This document shows, piece by piece, positions 26,935 to 32,000 of a DNA stretch of 32,000 nt. Made by a program: the position numbers and the translations under genes. The first letter of the stretch is position 1, and each line of letters begins with the position of its first letter. The notes below the pieces were generated by a model. It saw nothing but the letters and a program-made list of their open reading frames with translations, was not told where the DNA came from and ran no database searches. The stretch comes from Acaryochloris thomasi RCC1774. GTDB taxonomy: Bacteria > Cyanobacteriota > Cyanobacteriia > Thermosynechococcales > Thermosynechococcaceae. The stretch lies in assembly GCF_003231495.1 (NCBI RefSeq), contig NZ_PQWO01000010.1, positions 120,001-152,000 on the forward strand. The letters are read 5' to 3'.

Positions 26935-28062
26935 ATGCTGCAAGGCTTAGAAGCGTTCGGTGCACGATTTGCGAGGTGGGTGATGAATTCAGGGGTCCGC
27001 GTTGGCTCAATCGTAGAGATTCCTCTGTTGATTGATCGATCATGGTTGGTGATCATGGTGCTGCTGACGACGACCAATGCACTGACCTTCGCCCCCCGGT
27101 TTGGCATCATTCCCGGATTTTTAGCTGGGTTTGTGATGGCGCTGCTGCTCTTTGCTTCCGTCTTACTGCACGAGCTAGGTCATAGCGTCGTCGCCCAATC
27201 TCAGGGCATTAAGGTGCTGTCAATTACGCTGTTTTGCTTTGGTGGGGTGGCTGCAATTGAACGTGAATCCAGTTCACCAGGGAAGACGCTGCAGGTTGCG
27301 ATCGCAGGTCCAGCAGTCAGCTTAATTCTTTTCTGTATATTCAGTACCCTAACGCCCCTATTCCCCAGCGGTAGCTTAATCCATCAACTTGCCGTCAACT
27401 TAGCAACCATTAACCTAGCCCTAGCACTCTTCAATATGATTCCAGGGCTACCCCTCGATGGCGGGCAGGTGCTGAAGGCTATCATTTGGCAGATCACAGG
27501 CGATCGCATACAGGGGTTTCGCTGGGCGGCTTACAGTGGAAAGTTGTTGGGAGGAGTTGCGATCGCAACTGGCCTTACCCTCACAATCACAGCTGGGCAG
27601 TGGGGCGGCCTGTGGATGGCGCTGATCGGGGGCTTTATCTGGCGCAACGCCAACCGCTACGGCCAGCTCACTAATCTTCAGGGTGCATTACTGAAGCTGG
27701 TGGCCGCTGACGCCATGACCCGAGACTCCTGGGATGTCACAGCCAGCACCCTGCGCCAGTCGATTTCGAGATTTTTGCCCGTGGCCCAAGAGCACGTGGT
27801 CCAGGAGCAAACGCCTCTACTAGAAGTCATAAAGCATCTGGAGCGCTCCCGACTCCGGCAGATCACCGTCCTCACATCCGCAGGTTACGTCGCAGGGGTG
27901 ATCGATCGAGGCGATGTTGTGAATGCCGTTGCCCGTCAGCTCAAAGTGCCCCTTTCAGAAGGACAGATTCAGCAAATTAAGCTGCAGGGAATTTATCCAC
28001 AGCAGTTGCCGCTAGTTGCGATCGCACAAACAATTGCCCCCATCGACGTCCAGCTCGGCTAA
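26935..28062 (+). CDS. Site-2 protease family (M50) zinc metalloprotease with a C-terminal CBS-like region
   Basis: HELGHS is the zinc motif and NMIPGLPLDGG the second conserved motif. There are multiple TM helices. Confidence 0.85.
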   Translation: MLQGLEAFGARFARWVMNSGVRVGSIVEIPLLIDRSWLVIMVLLTTTNALTFAPRFGIIPGFLAGFVMALLLFASVLLHELGHSVVAQSQGIKVLSITLFCFGGVAAIERESSSPGKTLQVAIAGPAVSLILFCIFSTLTPLFPSGSLIHQLAVNLATINLALALFNMIPGLPLDGGQVLKAIIWQITGDRIQGFRWAAYSGKLLGGVAIATGLTLTITAGQWGGLWMALIGGFIWRNANRYGQLTNLQGALLKLVAADAMTRDSWDVTASTLRQSISRFLPVAQEHVVQEQTPLLEVIKHLERSRLRQITVLTSAGYVAGVIDRGDVVNAVARQLKVPLSEGQIQQIKLQGIYPQQLPLVAIAQTIAPIDVQLG

Positions 28063-28193
28063 CACCCACGATCTCCGGGGCCAGCGGCAGAGAAGATCTA
28101 TCCCATAACAGAGGTGCGATATTGAGCGAGCCTGTCTAATCAAAAGTGTTAAAAGCGTTAAAGATAAACGATTCAAAGAGTTAAATCATCAGC

Positions 28194-28763
28194 ATGACCG
28201 GACAGGCATCAAAAAAATCTTTTCAAGAATTAGCTGCAGCGCTTGCTCCAGCAGAGCAAGACAGTCTTCGCAATGGGCAGGTTGTGATATCTGGAGACGC
28301 CGGTGAATACATTGCCAGAGTTCTTGTTGACGCTTCGCCATCATTAGTGTGGGAGGTGCTAACCGACTATGCAAACTTCCATAAATTTCTACCCAACGTC
28401 TCTGCCAGCGAGGTTTTAGAGACAGACGACAGCCGTACAGTTGTGGAGCAAACCAACAACACACAGATTCTGCTCGCTGACATTGAGTCAACTATCCAGA
28501 CAGAAAATATAGAGCGAGGGCAGCAGCGCGTCGACTTCACAATGACAGAAGGAGACCTCAAAGAGTTTCGCGGATACTGGCAAATCACGCCCGTTAACAA
28601 CGCTGAGCAACAGGATCAAACACTCATCAAGCAATTCGTTGTGGCTGACGCTGACCTAGGTCTAATGGATGGAACCTTCCATGCCGTATTCCGAGGAGCA
28701 CTGCAAACCAGCCTCAAAGCCATTCAGACAGAAATCAGCAGGCGTCAACAACAGACAGATTAA
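28194..28763 (+). CDS. SRPBCC (cyclase/dehydrase-like) family protein
   Basis: The sequence ARVLVDASPSLVWEVLTDYANFHKFLPNVSASEVLE is typical of polyketide_cyc2/SRPBCC proteins. Confidence 0.72.
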   Translation: MTGQASKKSFQELAAALAPAEQDSLRNGQVVISGDAGEYIARVLVDASPSLVWEVLTDYANFHKFLPNVSASEVLETDDSRTVVEQTNNTQILLADIESTIQTENIERGQQRVDFTMTEGDLKEFRGYWQITPVNNAEQQDQTLIKQFVVADADLGLMDGTFHAVFRGALQTSLKAIQTEISRRQQQTD

Positions 28764-28781
28764 GCAACCGAGGGTTTGATC

Positions 28782-29074
28782 ATGATTCTAGAAGTTGCAA
28801 TTCTTGATGTCATTCCCGGTCAAGAGGTCAAGTTTGAGCAGGCTTTTTCCCAGGCACAGCCGCTTATTGCCAGCGTCTCTGGCTACATCAACCACGACCT
28901 TAAAAGTGCATCGAGAAACCGCATCGATATATCCTGCTGGTCACCTGGGAAAAGTTGACTGACCATACCGAAGGCTTTCGCAGTTCGCCTCAATATCAAG
29001 ACAGGAAAACTCTACTCCATCCTTTCTATGAAACCTTTCCAGAGGTCGAGCACTACGAAGATATCGTCACCTGA
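28782..29074 (+). pseudogene. ABM (antibiotic biosynthesis monooxygenase-like) domain gene, interrupted by a 1-nt frameshift
   Basis: The first frame reads MILEVAILDVIPGQEVKFEQAF...GYINHDLK and ends at 28958. The family continues in the next frame as CIEKPHRYILLVTWEKLTDHTEGFRSSPQYQ...EVEHYEDIVT* ending at 29074. The switch point is at the run AAAA 28902-28905. Confidence 0.7.
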
Positions 29075-29202
29075 GATCTCAAGAGTAGAGCAGACTTTAA
29101 GTTGTGTCTTTAGCAGATTATGTGCAGAAAAAGGTACATCAGGGACACAGAATCACCAACGGCAGGGTGATAATATTCACCTATTAAAAAAAATTAAATC
29201 CG

Positions 29203-29517
29203 ATGTTTGAATCCAACCGATACTCTCCGGAGCCACTGCCCCTTGATTCTTTACTGGCAAACTTTCAATATTGGCTGAGCCGTGCACGATCGCTCTTAGA
29301 GCATGAATCGCTTGATTTGCTAGACGAGCAAAGACAGGCAGAGCTACTCCGCCGCGTTCAGAGTACATTGCCAAAGGTCGCAGCAGCCCGCAGCCTATTC
29401 AAAGCGACCTCTGGACAAATAGGGATAGAGCCGCCCATTCTCATATGCTGGCATCAGCTGGTCACAGAATGCTGGCAGGTTATTTTTGAGTTTCGACGCA
29501 GCAGCTACGCAACGTAA
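29203..29517 (+). CDS. Hypothetical protein (104 aa)
   Basis: The ORF has coding-like composition. I cannot assign a family with confidence. Confidence 0.5.
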   Translation: MFESNRYSPEPLPLDSLLANFQYWLSRARSLLEHESLDLLDEQRQAELLRRVQSTLPKVAAARSLFKATSGQIGIEPPILICWHQLVTECWQVIFEFRRSSYAT

Positions 29518-29617
29518 GCCATCAGCAATTGCCCTGAAATGAGTAGAATAGATATAGTGCGAGCGTCTTTGTTCAGATGCTGCTCAAGTTTCCGTTGGCA
29601 ATGGAGAGACCAAGAAC

Positions 29618-29917
29618 ATGGTACAGCTACTCTACATTCTTGCGTTCACGGTGCTGACGACTCTAGTAATCAGTAACCTAATTCGCAACTTACTCATGTT
29701 TGGGCGTGAGGCCCAGCGTCCCTACTCCCGCACCTCTCCTCGCGCTTCTCAACGACGTAAAGCCCCCCACCCAGAGCTGATGGATGATCACGGCAATGTG
29801 ATCGATGAGCCGTTGTTAGTCATGCGTTCAATGACGGTAGATGATGCCCGCGAACAGCTTGATGCACTCTATGACCAGTCTCCAGGTTCAGATGATGCAC
29901 CCAGCGGTCGATCCTAG
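29618..29917 (+). CDS. Small protein with an N-terminal TM helix (DUF2973-like)
   Basis: LLYILAFTVLTTLVISNLIRNL is an N-terminal helix followed by a charged tail. The family name is from memory. Confidence 0.5.
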   Translation: MVQLLYILAFTVLTTLVISNLIRNLLMFGREAQRPYSRTSPRASQRRKAPHPELMDDHGNVIDEPLLVMRSMTVDDAREQLDALYDQSPGSDDAPSGRS

Positions 29918-29931
29918 ACGCTGACGACAGC

Positions 29932-31242
29932 ATGACCCAAGATGCTGAGCATAAGCCCGAAAATTCTTTGCCCAAAAATGAGGGTAAGAATCGATGGCGG
30001 CTCCCTAAGAGTTTTCCTCAAGACTGGCTGAAAAATGCCCGTGGCCTTCTTTCGCCACTTCAGCAGGCTCAAGAGTTAGTCAGCCGCTGGTTTAGCGTTA
30101 GCGATCAAGATATGGCGGCGATTCTAGAGCAGATTCGAGCTGAGCTACCGACAACAGAAGTCTTGATGATCGGCAAGCCTCAGACTGGTAAAAGCTCTAT
30201 TGTGCGCGGATTAACGGGGGTCAGCGCCGAAATTGTTGGCCAAGGATTCCGGCCCCACACGCAGCATACACAGAACTACGCCTACCCCACAGAAGATTTA
30301 CCACTGCTGATTTTTACAGACACCATCGGCTTAGGGGAAGGTGGCAACGAAGCCGATGAACTGGCAGACGAACTAAACAAAGTCCTTCCCAAGGATGTCG
30401 GGCAGGCATCACGGGTGATTATCCTAACGGTGAAGGCCACAGATTTTGCCACGGATTTTTTGCAGCAGCTTATGATGCGGATCCGCGGTGCTCACCCCGA
30501 GATTCCTTGCTTGCTGGCGATCACCTGTTTGCACGATCTGTATCCCACAGACCACCATCCGGCTTATCCACCGACCTATCCTGAGCTGCAGCGAGCTGTA
30601 ACAGCACTAAAAGAGCAGTTTTCTGAGATTTGCGATCGCACCACCTTAATCGACTTCACGCTAGAAGAAGACGGGTTTACTCCGGTTTTCTACGGCCTCG
30701 ACGCCTTCGCCAACGAACTAGCCGAACTGCTCCCCGCCGCTGAATCTCAAATGATTCATCAACTGCTAGAGCAAACGGAGGGCGGAGATGAAATTGGGCA
30801 GCTGTATAGAGACGCGGGCCGCCGGTACATTTTGCCGTTCTCAATGATGGCGGCAACACTAGCGGCTGTCCCTTTGCCCTTAGCCACGATGCCGGTGCTG
30901 ACAGGGCTACAGGTCACCCTCGTCAGCCTGCTAGGCCAGCTTTACGGTCAGCGACTGTCTTTTTCTCAGGCAGGGGGCGTTGCCAGCGCCATTGCCGGTG
31001 GCTTTTTGGCACAGCTCATTGGCCGGGAACTGATTAAATTCATCCCAGGTATTGGCAGCGTTGTGGCTGCCTCTTGGGCTGCTGCCTACACTTGGGCCTT
31101 AGGCGAAGGAGCCTGCGTTTATTTTGGTGACTTAATGGGCGGCAAAACACCCGACCCGCAAAAAATCAAACAGACCATGAAAAAATCCTTTCAAGAAGCT
31201 CAAAAGCGTTTTCGTGATTCAGTGCGGTCTCAGAAGTCGTAA
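29932..31242 (+). CDS. P-loop GTPase fused to a C-terminal DUF697-like membrane domain
   Basis: G1 is GKPQTGKSS and G3 is DTIGLGE. The C-terminus has hydrophobic glycine-rich helices (AIAGGFLAQLIGRELIKFIPGIGSVVAASWAAAYTWALG). Confidence 0.72.
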   Translation: MTQDAEHKPENSLPKNEGKNRWRLPKSFPQDWLKNARGLLSPLQQAQELVSRWFSVSDQDMAAILEQIRAELPTTEVLMIGKPQTGKSSIVRGLTGVSAEIVGQGFRPHTQHTQNYAYPTEDLPLLIFTDTIGLGEGGNEADELADELNKVLPKDVGQASRVIILTVKATDFATDFLQQLMMRIRGAHPEIPCLLAITCLHDLYPTDHHPAYPPTYPELQRAVTALKEQFSEICDRTTLIDFTLEEDGFTPVFYGLDAFANELAELLPAAESQMIHQLLEQTEGGDEIGQLYRDAGRRYILPFSMMAATLAAVPLPLATMPVLTGLQVTLVSLLGQLYGQRLSFSQAGGVASAIAGGFLAQLIGRELIKFIPGIGSVVAASWAAAYTWALGEGACVYFGDLMGGKTPDPQKIKQTMKKSFQEAQKRFRDSVRSQKS

Positions 31243-31289
31243 TACACAGGAGCCGCCCCCCTGACTCTAAAAGCTCATCACTGTAATGG

Positions 31290-32000
31290 ATGATCGTTAT
31301 GACTGCTCCAGCTATTCCCAATGCGTCAGACGCCCCCCGTTGGCTACAAACGCTTCAATATACCTTCAACCCGCTGGAGTCTATGGATCAAGCGGCGGTT
31401 CGCTGCGGAGATCTATTTAATGCACCCGTCATCGGCAAGCACGCTCAGGTTTTATTTGTCAGCCATCCCGAAGCCATTCAAAAATTTTTTCCAGCGACAC
31501 CAAAGAATTAGCCGCGCTCTCTAACCAGCTCCTGCGGCCCATTGTCGGGGACCACTCGGTGTTTGGTTTAACAGGGCATCGCCATCGCCGCGAGCGCAAA
31601 CTGCTGATGCCCCCTTCCACCGAGACCACATTGCGAACGACGGTCATCTGATTACGGACCTAACACTCAAGGCTCTGGCTCCTCTATCGATAGGGGAATC
31701 CTTCATTGCTCGAACGTTAGTGCAAGATATTTCCATTGAGGTGATTCTGCGCGTTGTCTTTGGCCTCAATGAAGGCTAGCGATTCCAGCAATTAAAAGCA
31801 CTACTGGTGGCGTTCTCTGACCGGATCCAAAATCCGCTGTTCATCCCCGCGCTGCAGCAAGACTAGGGTAAATTGACGCCCTGGGGGTACCTGAAATCAC
31901 TGCAGCGACAGATTAGCCAATTGCTCTATGCTGAAATTCAAGATCGCAGAGGCCAGCAAGACGCTTCCCCACAAGATATTTTGAGTCTTTTGATGGCAGC
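31290..32000 (+). pseudogene. Cytochrome P450 gene (CYP110-like N-terminal half) with two frameshifts and two in-frame TAG codons; continues beyond the window
   Basis: The family-like sequence can be followed across three frames. The segments are ..VSHPEAIQK / IFSSDTKELAALSNQLLRPIVGDHSVFGLTGHRHRRERKLLMPP / FH..HLITDL...VFGLNEG*RFQQLK...LQQD*GKLTPWG...DILSLLMAA. The frame switches fall at A5T6 (31480-31490) and C5 (31610-31614). The TAG codons are at 31777-31779 and 31864-31866. Confidence 0.75.

Overview
The window looks like a cyanobacterial chromosome segment. Evidence: at least 20 copies of the HIP1 octamer GCGATCGC, chlG, a CPP1-like J-protein, a giant WD40 protein and many cyanobacteria-restricted DUF-type proteins. 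It holds about 40 genes, mostly housekeeping or conserved hypotheticals: pyrC, a rarA fusion, mtnP, chlG, an SDR, and HtrA, S41, S1 and M50 proteases. I found no rRNA, tRNA or CRISPR array. The accessory content sits at about 6.8-9.6 kb, between the convergent genes pyrC and rarA. In order, it contains four phased iteron-like palindromic repeats, an intact integron-type integrase (IntI), a decayed copy of the rarA gene's 3' end, a 63-aa ORF and a parDE toxin-antitoxin pair. This is followed by the functional rarA 3' end. I read this as two tandem insertions into the 3' end of rarA, which would be unusual for an IntI-family enzyme. Other notable items are: (1) two tandem small-RNA candidates at 17.45-17.69 kb, each with an intrinsic terminator and the reverse complement of the Yfr1 core motif (Yfr2-like); (2) a secreted trypsin-like protease with three 150-bp lysine-rich tandem repeats; (3) a degenerate DUF433/DUF5615 locus; (4) an ABM-domain gene and a P450 gene whose frameshifts all fall in homopolymer runs. 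Family assignments come from motif recognition by eye and no database search was run.
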